Shown piece by piece: positions 18,359 through 27,021 of a stretch of DNA of 64,000 bases. Source of the DNA: a virus; the IMG/VR virus record IMGVR_UViG_3300039183_000005, positions 32,001 to 96,000 of that record. One strand, given 5' to 3'. The notes beneath the pieces were generated by a model that worked only from the letters and a program-made list of their open reading frames with translations, was not told the DNA's origin and did not search any database. Position 1 is the first letter of the stretch. Every line of letters begins with the position of its first letter. Position numbers and translations under genes: made by a program.

Positions 18359-18721
18359 ATGGTAAAACATGGTTGTGCGCCGTTTCTGGAGTGTAGCACA
18401 AAAGGTGATCGAAGATTCTCGGCTTTTTGTGCTCGTGTTAATGGGCGTGATGGAAAGAATATCGAAGAAATCTATCAGGCGGCTAAGATTTTCGAAGATG
18501 GATCAACTGGTTTGACGTGGAAAGAGGCTAAGGGGCGAATTCCGATTAACAGCGATGAAGTATCACTGTTATATTCTCAGTTATGGGATGAATATATCGC
18601 CGAAAATCCACATTTATTAAAAATATTAAAAATGGTTAGCGGCATTAGTGATATATTTGGTCAACGTGGTCACGCTTGTCAAGCCACAGAGCTTTGGAGG
18701 ATTAAGTGTAAAATGCAATAA
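18359..18721 (+). CDS. NADAR-like protein (putative)
   Basis: ECSTKGDRRFSAF..., IEEIYQAAK, LW..YI.ENP.LL, CQA resemble NADAR-fold ADP-ribosylhydrolases. Confidence 0.5.
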   Translation: MVKHGCAPFLECSTKGDRRFSAFCARVNGRDGKNIEEIYQAAKIFEDGSTGLTWKEAKGRIPINSDEVSLLYSQLWDEYIAENPHLLKILKMVSGISDIFGQRGHACQATELWRIKCKMQ

Positions 18722-18772
18722 TATATTTTTCCTGTATGTATAAATAGATCATATTATATTAGACTATACATC

Positions 18773-18799
18773 GAGCAATCTTATGATTGCTCATTTTTT
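18773..18799 (+). terminator. intrinsic terminator
   Basis: GAGCAATC-TTAT-GATTGCTC-ATTTTTT. Confidence 0.75.
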
Positions 18800-18809
18800 A
18801 TGCGCATTT

Positions 18810-18817
18810 GTGTATAA
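18810..18817 (+). promoter_or_regulatory. GTGTATAA putative late promoter
   Basis: Intergenic, just after terminator. Confidence 0.6.
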
Positions 18818-18901
18818 TAAATATGTGATGAATCTATTGAGCCTTCGTTTCTATGGTGATTCGGAATCTCAGTAGCCTTATCGTTTTAGGGAGGTAAAAT
18901 T

Positions 18902-19444
18902 ATGACATTAGTAGCTGATACATGGGGAGCAAATCGAAATCCAACTCCAAAATCTTTCAAAATGTACAAGACTCTTACAGCTACGGCTGTATCTGGGTCT
19001 GCCGTGACCGACACAGAAACAATTTTTAATAAAAACTGTCCTTTTCCAGTGAAGGTTGTTGGATTTGAGGTTCAGGCAGTGACATTAACTGCTAGTGATT
19101 TCAGTGGTAGCGGATCGGCCATGACTGTTGCGCTGCAAACCTCTGATGAAGTTGATACATCTCCTGGTGCGCCAACGGCCATAAGCTGGGATACTGCGGT
19201 AACTGTCGATTGTTCTGGCATTGCATCTGATACAGACAAGAGACTATTTGCAGCTCCATCTAATGCTGGTGATCGAGTGGATGTCGGTTTGGATCAGACA
19301 TATGTTGCAGTTCCGAAGGGTGGTTCAATGAGGGCAACCCTATCAGCTCAGGCCAAAGATGCCGTTTCTGTATCTAGTGCTGTAGAATTGCTGGCAATTG
19401 TAGAATGTATACCGACAGAAGCCAACGATCAACTTAGATTTTAG
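18902..19444 (+). CDS. putative virion decoration/structural protein
   Basis: Strong RBS GGGAGGT; Ala/Ser/Thr/Val-rich beta protein; own promoter and terminator. Confidence 0.5.
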   Translation: MTLVADTWGANRNPTPKSFKMYKTLTATAVSGSAVTDTETIFNKNCPFPVKVVGFEVQAVTLTASDFSGSGSAMTVALQTSDEVDTSPGAPTAISWDTAVTVDCSGIASDTDKRLFAAPSNAGDRVDVGLDQTYVAVPKGGSMRATLSAQAKDAVSVSSAVELLAIVECIPTEANDQLRF

Positions 19445-19468
19445 TTAACAATAATTAAAAACACTTCT

Positions 19469-19501
19469 AAGACCGAAAGCGAAAGTTTTCGGTCTTTTTT
19501 T
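19469..19501 (+). terminator. intrinsic terminator
   Basis: AAGACCGAAAGC-GAAA-GTTTTCGGTCTT-TTTTT. Confidence 0.85.
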
Positions 19502-19508
19502 ATCAAAG

Positions 19509-19516
19509 GTGTATAA
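19509..19516 (+). promoter_or_regulatory. GTGTATAA putative late promoter
   Basis: Intergenic, just after terminator, upstream of tail assembly/TMP operon. Confidence 0.6.
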
Positions 19517-19589
19517 GTTATTGGATAGGATAGGGCGTAGGTATGGATAGACAGTGCCACTGTATTTTTTGGGACTGGGAAGGTGTCAA

Positions 19590-20672
19590 ATGGATATAGC
19601 TGAAAAAGAGCGGCTAATTGCAAGAATTAGTTGGAAATATATTCCTGCCACCGTCAGAGTCAATAATGGCGATATTGTTTCATTTCTTCTTCATTCCCCA
19701 ACGCCACAAGAACAATCGCAAGCTGCTATGATTTATTCCACTGAAAAACAACGCGCCACTATTATTGGCTTACCATCTGAATCAGAATTATTGGCAAATA
19801 TGATTAATCTTGACAGATGGAGTCTTCAAAAAGAAGATGAAATAGAAGGATTACAAAAAGATATTCATACAATTCGTAGAGGATTGTTGGATTTAAGGTT
19901 TAATAAAACAAAACTAGAATTCACTCGCTCTCTTTTGCGTCGTGCAGAAAAAGCTCTAATCGAACGACTGACAAACCGCCACGATCTTTTACAAGGAAGC
20001 GCAGAAGCTCATGCGGAAATTGCTCGTCAACGTTATTTAGTGGGTCGTATTGCCGAAACAGAAAATCATAAACAAATATGGCCGATACCAGAAGATTTTG
20101 ATAATTGCGAAGACAACGAACTTATATCACAACTGTGTGAATTTTTTTTTCAAAAATCTCGTATTTCGTCCAAGCTAATAAGAGAACTAGCCCGTTCATC
20201 TCAATGGAGAGCCTATTGGGAAATAGCTAAGAATACTAATGAATTATTTTGTGGTGATGTATTATCGTGGTCAGTCAATCAAAGAGAATTAGCTTATTGG
20301 TCTACTATTTATGATTCAGTATATGGTTCATATGATCGTCCATCAAAGGAAATTATTGAAGACGATGATCTTTTAGATTCTTGGTTTATACGTCAGGGAG
20401 AAAAAATAGAGCATAGAACACAATCTGGACTTATACCGAAATCAAATAAGTCTGGTCGTAATGAAGAATTTATTATGGCAGACGCCGAAGGCGCTAAACA
20501 AGTATATAAAATGAATGATCCTGTTGTTCGTGCTCGTATTAAGGCAAAACAAAAAATGATAGCCAAAAAAGGAATAGTACGTGAGCAAGATATGCCAGAC
20601 AGTCAAAATGAAATGAGACAACAGTTTATGGAAAAACAAAGTAAACATGTTAAGGATATTATGCGAAAATAG
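19590..20672 (+). CDS. hypothetical protein, possible tail assembly chaperone
   Basis: Helical; P..EIIEDDDLLDSW motif; upstream of TMP. Confidence 0.5.
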   Translation: MDIAEKERLIARISWKYIPATVRVNNGDIVSFLLHSPTPQEQSQAAMIYSTEKQRATIIGLPSESELLANMINLDRWSLQKEDEIEGLQKDIHTIRRGLLDLRFNKTKLEFTRSLLRRAEKALIERLTNRHDLLQGSAEAHAEIARQRYLVGRIAETENHKQIWPIPEDFDNCEDNELISQLCEFFFQKSRISSKLIRELARSSQWRAYWEIAKNTNELFCGDVLSWSVNQRELAYWSTIYDSVYGSYDRPSKEIIEDDDLLDSWFIRQGEKIEHRTQSGLIPKSNKSGRNEEFIMADAEGAKQVYKMNDPVVRARIKAKQKMIAKKGIVREQDMPDSQNEMRQQFMEKQSKHVKDIMRK

Positions 20673-20682
20673 GGAGATGAAA

Positions 20683-21051
20683 ATGTCTCGCAAAGAAGAA
20701 GAATTGGCAGAATTACGGCATAGACAAAAAAGGGCTCAACAAGGACGTATTGCTCAAGATTCTAAGAATCGTTTGAAAAAAATAGCAGATAAGAAATTCC
20801 GCACCTGTTTTATTGCTGCGTTGGCTGAATTTGAAAATACATTTGGCCTTGAACTTTGGGGACATAATTTACCAGAAGAAGAATTAACTACAAAGCAAAT
20901 GGCTAACAGGATACGTTGGGAACAAGTTCGTAAGAATATTCTCGATAAAGGAAATACTCAGGCACGTGCCCTGGGGATGGAAATTGATTTACATAAAATA
21001 GAATTTGAAGGATATCATGTCCAATTTGGAGGAATTACAAATGGAGAGTAA
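20683..21051 (+). CDS. hypothetical protein
   Basis: AGGGAG RBS; between chaperone-like genes. Confidence 0.6.
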   Translation: MSRKEEELAELRHRQKRAQQGRIAQDSKNRLKKIADKKFRTCFIAALAEFENTFGLELWGHNLPEEELTTKQMANRIRWEQVRKNILDKGNTQARALGMEIDLHKIEFEGYHVQFGGITNGE

Positions 21052-21946
21052 AAGGACAGTAATCGACACTGTGGACGAAAATAATCAGCCAATTAAGCTA
21101 GCTGTTGTTCGTCCGAACAATAAGGTTAATCAGGAAGCTAATATGGGTTATAATTTACGAATGGCAGAACTTATTCGTAATGGGTCTAAAAATGGGTCGA
21201 ATAGATTACTGCTTCGCGCCGAACTAGAAGATTATTTGGCCGAAATGGGCATTTGGACTATGAAGGATCAGCTTGAAGTAGAGAAATTGGCTTTGGAAAT
21301 TCGCGCCAATGAATTATTGCTAAAAAGGGGTGGCATTAAAATCTCAGAAGGTAGGGCCATGGCACTGCAAATGGCCGAAAAACGACAATTAATTCTTGAG
21401 AAACATGCGAAAAGATTGCAATTTGATTCTGCTACAATAGAATCTCACGCAGAAAATTTTCGCTTTGAATATCTTTTGGTTAAATGTTTGGTACTTGCTG
21501 ATACTGGTAAACAATTTTTAAAGGATCATGATGAATATATTGAAAAACAAGATACAGAAGCGGTAATGGAAGGTGCTCGAATACTTGCCAATATGATTTA
21601 TGGCATTGAAGACAATGTTCAAAAGAAGATGTTTGAAATGAAGTGGCTTAAAGATGCTGGTATGATCAACGATGAAGGACGTTATATTAAATCTGACGGT
21701 ACGATTATTGATAGGGATGGTCGTTTAATTGACAAAAATGGTCGCTATATCAATAAGGATGGTCAATTAATTGATACTTTTGGACGATTTGTTGACGAAC
21801 ATGGTAATTTACTAGTGGATGAATCAAAACCATTTATAGATGATGAAACTGGTAAGGCAGTGATTATCGGAGAAATAGGTAAAAAAAGTAAAACAAAGAA
21901 AATTGCTTCCAAAAGAAAAAGAAAAAAGAAGGTAGCAACAAAATAG
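21041..21946 (+). CDS. hypothetical protein with D/N-x-x-G repeats, possible tail assembly chaperone
   Basis: GGAGG RBS; INDEGRYIKSDGTIIDRDGRLIDKNGRYINKDGQLIDTFGRFVDEHG. Confidence 0.55.
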   Translation: MESKRTVIDTVDENNQPIKLAVVRPNNKVNQEANMGYNLRMAELIRNGSKNGSNRLLLRAELEDYLAEMGIWTMKDQLEVEKLALEIRANELLLKRGGIKISEGRAMALQMAEKRQLILEKHAKRLQFDSATIESHAENFRFEYLLVKCLVLADTGKQFLKDHDEYIEKQDTEAVMEGARILANMIYGIEDNVQKKMFEMKWLKDAGMINDEGRYIKSDGTIIDRDGRLIDKNGRYINKDGQLIDTFGRFVDEHGNLLVDESKPFIDDETGKAVIIGEIGKKSKTKKIASKRKRKKKVATK

Positions 21947-21968
21947 AATGATTGAGGATGTGATGTAA

Positions 21969-24900
21969 GTGGCATTTGTACTTGACGTTAATCTTAGAAT
22001 TCAAGATATCCTTGGTCTGCAAAAGGTTGAGGCTGCTCTTGGCAAATTAACAAGTTCCACACAGGTGGGAGCTGTTGTTGGTGGTGCTGGAGCTACAACA
22101 AGTGCAATTAAAACACAGGCTGCTGCTGCAACTGCCCAGGCTACTGCTGTCAACAAAGTAACAACTGCCACTAATAAAATGAATGTTGCCCAGAATAAAG
22201 CTGCAACAAGTACGCGAAAAGCTACTTCTGGAATGCAACTTAGCGCTAAAGCTTCTGAAAATTTTGGCAATGCTGTGTATCTCGCCGGTCGTCGATATGC
22301 TGCATTTGTAACTGCTACCGCTGCTCCACTAGCAATTGTCGCAGGTTTGGGAAAAGCCACAGCTTCGGTAATCGAATTTGATAGTGCCATACTTAAATTG
22401 CGACAAATTATGGGCCAAACAGATCAGCAAATTAGTAGTACCAGAGACACTATTCTTGATTTAGCCGCCAGCACAGGTACGTCTGCTAGTGAGATTGCTC
22501 GTGTTGGTAAGGTTTTGGCTCAGGCAGGGCAAAGAGGTGATGTGCTTACCGAGTCACTAACAGCTCTTTCTAAAGTTCCATTAACGCCGTCTTTTGAAAC
22601 TATTGATGCTGCTATTGAAGGTACCATCGCCGCTCTAAATCAGTTCAATTCCGAAGGTTTAACTACTACTAGGGTGCTGGATGTTATGACAGCCCTATCT
22701 AATAAATTTGCTGCATCTTCAGAAGATATTGCTAAAGGTATAGCTCGTGGTGGTGCTGCATTTGAAGCTATTGGTGGCACATTTGAGGAATTTGCTTCAG
22801 TATTTACAACTATTCGACAGGCAACGCGAGAAAGCGCCGAAACTGTTGGTACATTTATGAAGACCATTTCTTCTCGTCTGGCTGATCCTAAGATTGTAAA
22901 TTTCCTTGAAGGTAAAGGAATTCGTATTTCCGAAGCCATTGAAGCTGGTAATCCAGTAGAAGCAATAAAGCGAATTGCCGCTGCATTAAGAGAAACTGCA
23001 AGTATTCAGGATAGAATTGAAATAGGTACTAAGCTTGGCGGACGACGCCAGATTTCTCGTTTACTTGCTTTGATTAGTAACATTGATGTGTTAGATGAAA
23101 CTTTAAAAACTGCTGCCACATCAAGCGGAGAATTCGGGAAAATAGCCGAAGAAGGTTTAAAGGGATTGCAGGCACAATTAAATATTATGGTTCAAGAATG
23201 GAATAAATTAATACAATCATTAGCGGCTCCAGTATTTGTTCCATTTATTCAAATGGCTACTCAAGCAGGAAAAGCCTTGGCGTATATGGCCGATTTTGCC
23301 AAACCTATTATTCCAGCCTTAACATATATTGCAGGGTTTACTGCGGCATTCAAGTTATTAGCAGTATCTATTACCAATGCAGGAAAAGCACTTGCATTTA
23401 TGGGAACCGTTGGAAGAACCGTTGGTGGTGGACTTGCTGCTACCGCAACTGCTGCCCAAGGTTTAGCTGCTGGTGGTTTAGCCGGAACTACAGCAAGAGA
23501 ACGGGTTCAAAGACGTTTGGCTGGTGGAGTTGGCCTTTCTGCTGAACAAGCTGCTGCTGCTGGCGCTGCTGGTGGTAGATTCGCTGGTGGAGCGAAAGCT
23601 GCTGTTACTTCACAATTGGGCCAATTAGCTGTAGCTGCCGGTATTGCTTTAGCTGCCAGTAAGTTTTCTGAAGCTGCTGAGAAAGCTGGTAGTTCTGCTG
23701 GTATATTCGCTTCTGAAACAGCAAAAGCTGCCGCTGTTATTGGTATTGCTATCTCTGCTTTGTCTGGCAAAAGTATCACCGGGGCTTTAGCTTCACTCGG
23801 CCCATTCGGTGGTGCTGTTGCTGGAGTTACTTTGGCATTGGGTGCAATGACATATGCTGCCAATAAAGCTGCTGATATCGATATGCAAAAAGTTATTGAT
23901 GAAATGGTTAATAAAATTAAAAACATTAAAACAGATGACCTAGAAATAAAAACACCAGAACAATTACAGCAACAAATTGGCGATCTTGGAACTGATGCTA
24001 TAGAAGGAATTCAAGAAGCTGCAAATAAATGGGAGGATGACTGGTATGACGTTTTTGCCAATATTCCAAATAGATTAAAAAATCTATTTACTGGTCAGGG
24101 TAACTTAACAATTAATGATGCACAAGCTCAAGAAATAATTGAACGTATTGTTGGTGCTAATCCAGAACTACTTAATAAAATTTTGCAATCTGCGGTAGAA
24201 CAATTTGGCGCTGGTGGACTAGAAACAGGTATCGATCAATTATTAGTAGAAGAATTAGGTGGCAATGCTGAAGTCATTGCCCGTGTTCGTCAGGCTATGA
24301 TTAAACAGCTTGGTGGAATGGAAAAAATTGCTACTAATATTGAAAAAATTAAGCTAGACACAGAAGTGAGTAGGCTTGGAAATGCTATTGCTAAAGCGTC
24401 AAAAGATTTTGAAACCCTACATGTTCCATCGCAACTTAGTTTTGAACTTGGAATGTTGAGTGATGCAGTTGGTAATACAGCGAGGGCTATTGAAACTAAT
24501 GTAACATTATTTGACAAATTAAGTCAAGTAATTGGTCAAGATATTGGTGTTTCTAAGCCGGGAACAGAATTTTCTAGGGCGGCAGTTGAAGAACTTGTTC
24601 GTACTGGAGGTATCGGTGACATATTAGATTTGAGCAATTTTGAAGGTTTAGATGAATTTACTACCGACATGGCAAGAGTCGGAGATGCACTAGATGATTT
24701 TATGAAATCTATTGTTAAAAGTAAGGCAAATGCTGATTCATTGCGATCGTTATTGAGTGATCCAAAGGTTGATCCATTTGATATTATGAGTGATTATATC
24801 GATAAATTTATGGATGAATATCCAGATAAAATTCCACCTGAAGCTGAAGCTGCCTTTAAAGCTGCTGCTACTGGTCTCGGACAACAATTAAAAAATATGA

Positions 24901-27011
24901 TTACTGATTCTGCCGGTGTGTTGCCCAGTACAGAAGAAATACAAAAAGCTATGGATTCTGTTCTTGGAAAACAACGTCCATTTTATGACGCAGCTATAGA
25001 TGTTTATCAAACATGGTTAAATGCTCAAATGCAACAATTAAATTTAAAATTATCTGGTGAAGAAATATCTGCACAAGTCGATGTTAGTACCGCAGAACTT
25101 AGTGATACTATTATAACAAGTCTACGAAATGCTTTAAAAAATGTTGGTATTGATCTTCGATTACCATTATTCGAAGAAGGTCTCCAGAATGCTAATGATG
25201 TCATGGTTGATTTAGCTCAAAATGGTGATTTGGTTGGACAAGTTTTATTAAAATATGAAAGTAGTTATCGTAAACATGCTGAATTGCAACGACAAATAGC
25301 TGAAGCTCAGCAAACCGGTGAAGGAGCAAGTATTGGTTTGTTGGAAGCTTCAAATAAGGCATCAATTGAAGTGCTTAATTTACAAGTAGTTTTAAGTCAA
25401 TTGGCTAAAATAGCACAACGGGCTCCACAGGCATTAGCCGCACAGCAAGAAGAACAAAGAAAACTTCCGTATGTTTTTGATGAAAAAGCTGCAACAAAAT
25501 TTACAGAACAACTTGGTAAAAGTAGTGAGAAAATGATTGAGCTTATTAATCGACAACGACAATTGATTGAAGCACAAACTGCAATTGATGTAGCTGAAGT
25601 ATTCAAAAAACCTGCCGATATTTTTGCTGAAGCTCTAAGAGAAAGTGCCACTGCTGTTCGTGCATTTACCTCTGCCCTGACAACCCAAGACTTACAAAGG
25701 GGACTTGGTGTTCCTAGTGCTGGCACAACGCCGGAAGGGCGTGTATACACAGCACGCCAATATGTTCCAGAAGCAAGACTGCCAAAAAAGCAAGTGATGG
25801 ACCAGAAATTTTTGCAATCTGCTTTATTCGGTGGTAATGTGGAGAATGTTATGGAAGCACTACTCCAGGGTGCTGCGACGACAGCCGAAAGTAAAGTTTT
25901 CAGTCAATTACTTCGAGGACAACAAGATGAAGCTGCGTCCAATAAAGTACTTGCTGAAAGTTTTAGAGAATTTAAGGGATTTATTTATGATATTCCAAAG
26001 GCTATTCAAGAAAGTGGACTAGACCCGGCAGAAGTGGCACATGCTGCGGCTAAAGTTTTGAGGGAGCAGGCTACTCAATCTGGAGCAATTGAAGTAGAAC
26101 ACATTGGCGCAATTCAAAGAACCATGGGTGATTTAGCTAATAGTTTAAAAACATTAATCGAACGTCCAGAAGTAGCCAGAGAACCACAGCAAATCATAGA
26201 GCAATTACCTAGCAATATTCAGGATTTATTACGGAATTTAAGTCAACCGACAGGTCGTGCGACAGAATTTGAAACGGCGCCAAGAACATTCGAAGATATT
26301 TCGTCATCGGCGGCAGACATTCAGCGAGCTGCATCTGAAACACATATGGCCTCAGAAGCTACCATACGATCAACTGAAGAAATGCGTACAGCTTCTACCG
26401 ATATACGTACTGGCGGCACTGATTTACTCACTGCTAGTCAAGGTATTAGTGAGGCGATTGGACAACTACAAGCATTTGTTGATATACAGCGAGAAACATT
26501 AACAAGACAACAAGAAGTAGCTGGCGAAAGTACTGATACTGGTAGTAATACTGAAGCAATTATGGCTACAACGGAAGCGATAAATGCTCTTGGTGAACGT
26601 GTTGATTCGGTCGCGAAAGCTGTCGAAATTCAAACCCAACAAGCAGTTGAATTGGCTACTACAGAAACAATGAAACCACTCGAAGTGGAAGGCTTGGTTG
26701 AAAATACCAAGGCATTAGATGCTAGTAGTGATGCAAATTCAAAAACTCGGGAGGAAATGACTACTTTAAGTAAGGGGATGTCTGATATTGCAAATTCAAT
26801 GAAAAATGGTATTGGAATTGACATTGAAACTATGAGCGAAGTCAAGGTTGATGTAGAAAGTATTGGTGCAGCAGCTAAAGAATTTACATCTGAATTTGAA
26901 GAGGTTGCGCATAAGGTCGCCAAGGAAGAAATTCGCATTATGTTGCAACAACTAGCTCGTGAAGCTGGTAATTCCGAAGCCGCATCAACATTTGAAAGTG
27001 CGATAACGTAA
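21969..27011 (+). CDS. tail tape measure protein
   Basis: 1680 aa Ala/Gly-rich helical protein; TP901-type core (SNKFAASSEDIAKGIARGG...ATRESAETVGTFMKTISSRL); hydrophobic mid region. Confidence 0.9.
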   Translation: MAFVLDVNLRIQDILGLQKVEAALGKLTSSTQVGAVVGGAGATTSAIKTQAAAATAQATAVNKVTTATNKMNVAQNKAATSTRKATSGMQLSAKASENFGNAVYLAGRRYAAFVTATAAPLAIVAGLGKATASVIEFDSAILKLRQIMGQTDQQISSTRDTILDLAASTGTSASEIARVGKVLAQAGQRGDVLTESLTALSKVPLTPSFETIDAAIEGTIAALNQFNSEGLTTTRVLDVMTALSNKFAASSEDIAKGIARGGAAFEAIGGTFEEFASVFTTIRQATRESAETVGTFMKTISSRLADPKIVNFLEGKGIRISEAIEAGNPVEAIKRIAAALRETASIQDRIEIGTKLGGRRQISRLLALISNIDVLDETLKTAATSSGEFGKIAEEGLKGLQAQLNIMVQEWNKLIQSLAAPVFVPFIQMATQAGKALAYMADFAKPIIPALTYIAGFTAAFKLLAVSITNAGKALAFMGTVGRTVGGGLAATATAAQGLAAGGLAGTTARERVQRRLAGGVGLSAEQAAAAGAAGGRFAGGAKAAVTSQLGQLAVAAGIALAASKFSEAAEKAGSSAGIFASETAKAAAVIGIAISALSGKSITGALASLGPFGGAVAGVTLALGAMTYAANKAADIDMQKVIDEMVNKIKNIKTDDLEIKTPEQLQQQIGDLGTDAIEGIQEAANKWEDDWYDVFANIPNRLKNLFTGQGNLTINDAQAQEIIERIVGANPELLNKILQSAVEQFGAGGLETGIDQLLVEELGGNAEVIARVRQAMIKQLGGMEKIATNIEKIKLDTEVSRLGNAIAKASKDFETLHVPSQLSFELGMLSDAVGNTARAIETNVTLFDKLSQVIGQDIGVSKPGTEFSRAAVEELVRTGGIGDILDLSNFEGLDEFTTDMARVGDALDDFMKSIVKSKANADSLRSLLSDPKVDPFDIMSDYIDKFMDEYPDKIPPEAEAAFKAAATGLGQQLKNMITDSAGVLPSTEEIQKAMDSVLGKQRPFYDAAIDVYQTWLNAQMQQLNLKLSGEEISAQVDVSTAELSDTIITSLRNALKNVGIDLRLPLFEEGLQNANDVMVDLAQNGDLVGQVLLKYESSYRKHAELQRQIAEAQQTGEGASIGLLEASNKASIEVLNLQVVLSQLAKIAQRAPQALAAQQEEQRKLPYVFDEKAATKFTEQLGKSSEKMIELINRQRQLIEAQTAIDVAEVFKKPADIFAEALRESATAVRAFTSALTTQDLQRGLGVPSAGTTPEGRVYTARQYVPEARLPKKQVMDQKFLQSALFGGNVENVMEALLQGAATTAESKVFSQLLRGQQDEAASNKVLAESFREFKGFIYDIPKAIQESGLDPAEVAHAAAKVLREQATQSGAIEVEHIGAIQRTMGDLANSLKTLIERPEVAREPQQIIEQLPSNIQDLLRNLSQPTGRATEFETAPRTFEDISSSAADIQRAASETHMASEATIRSTEEMRTASTDIRTGGTDLLTASQGISEAIGQLQAFVDIQRETLTRQQEVAGESTDTGSNTEAIMATTEAINALGERVDSVAKAVEIQTQQAVELATTETMKPLEVEGLVENTKALDASSDANSKTREEMTTLSKGMSDIANSMKNGIGIDIETMSEVKVDVESIGAAAKEFTSEFEEVAHKVAKEEIRIMLQQLAREAGNSEAASTFESAIT

Positions 27012-27021
27012 AAGGTAAATT

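Noticed and set aside
18739-18746. T4-type late promoter TATAAATA
   Set aside because: Isolated intergenic copy in AT-rich DNA directly upstream of a terminator
19590-21968. Programmed frameshift between tail chaperone genes
   Set aside because: Each ORF has its own RBS and I found no convincing slippery site at the junctions
22001-26938. Antisense ORFs within the tape measure gene and similar shadow ORFs elsewhere
   Set aside because: Explained by codon bias of Ala-rich sense genes; no RBS or recognisable motifs
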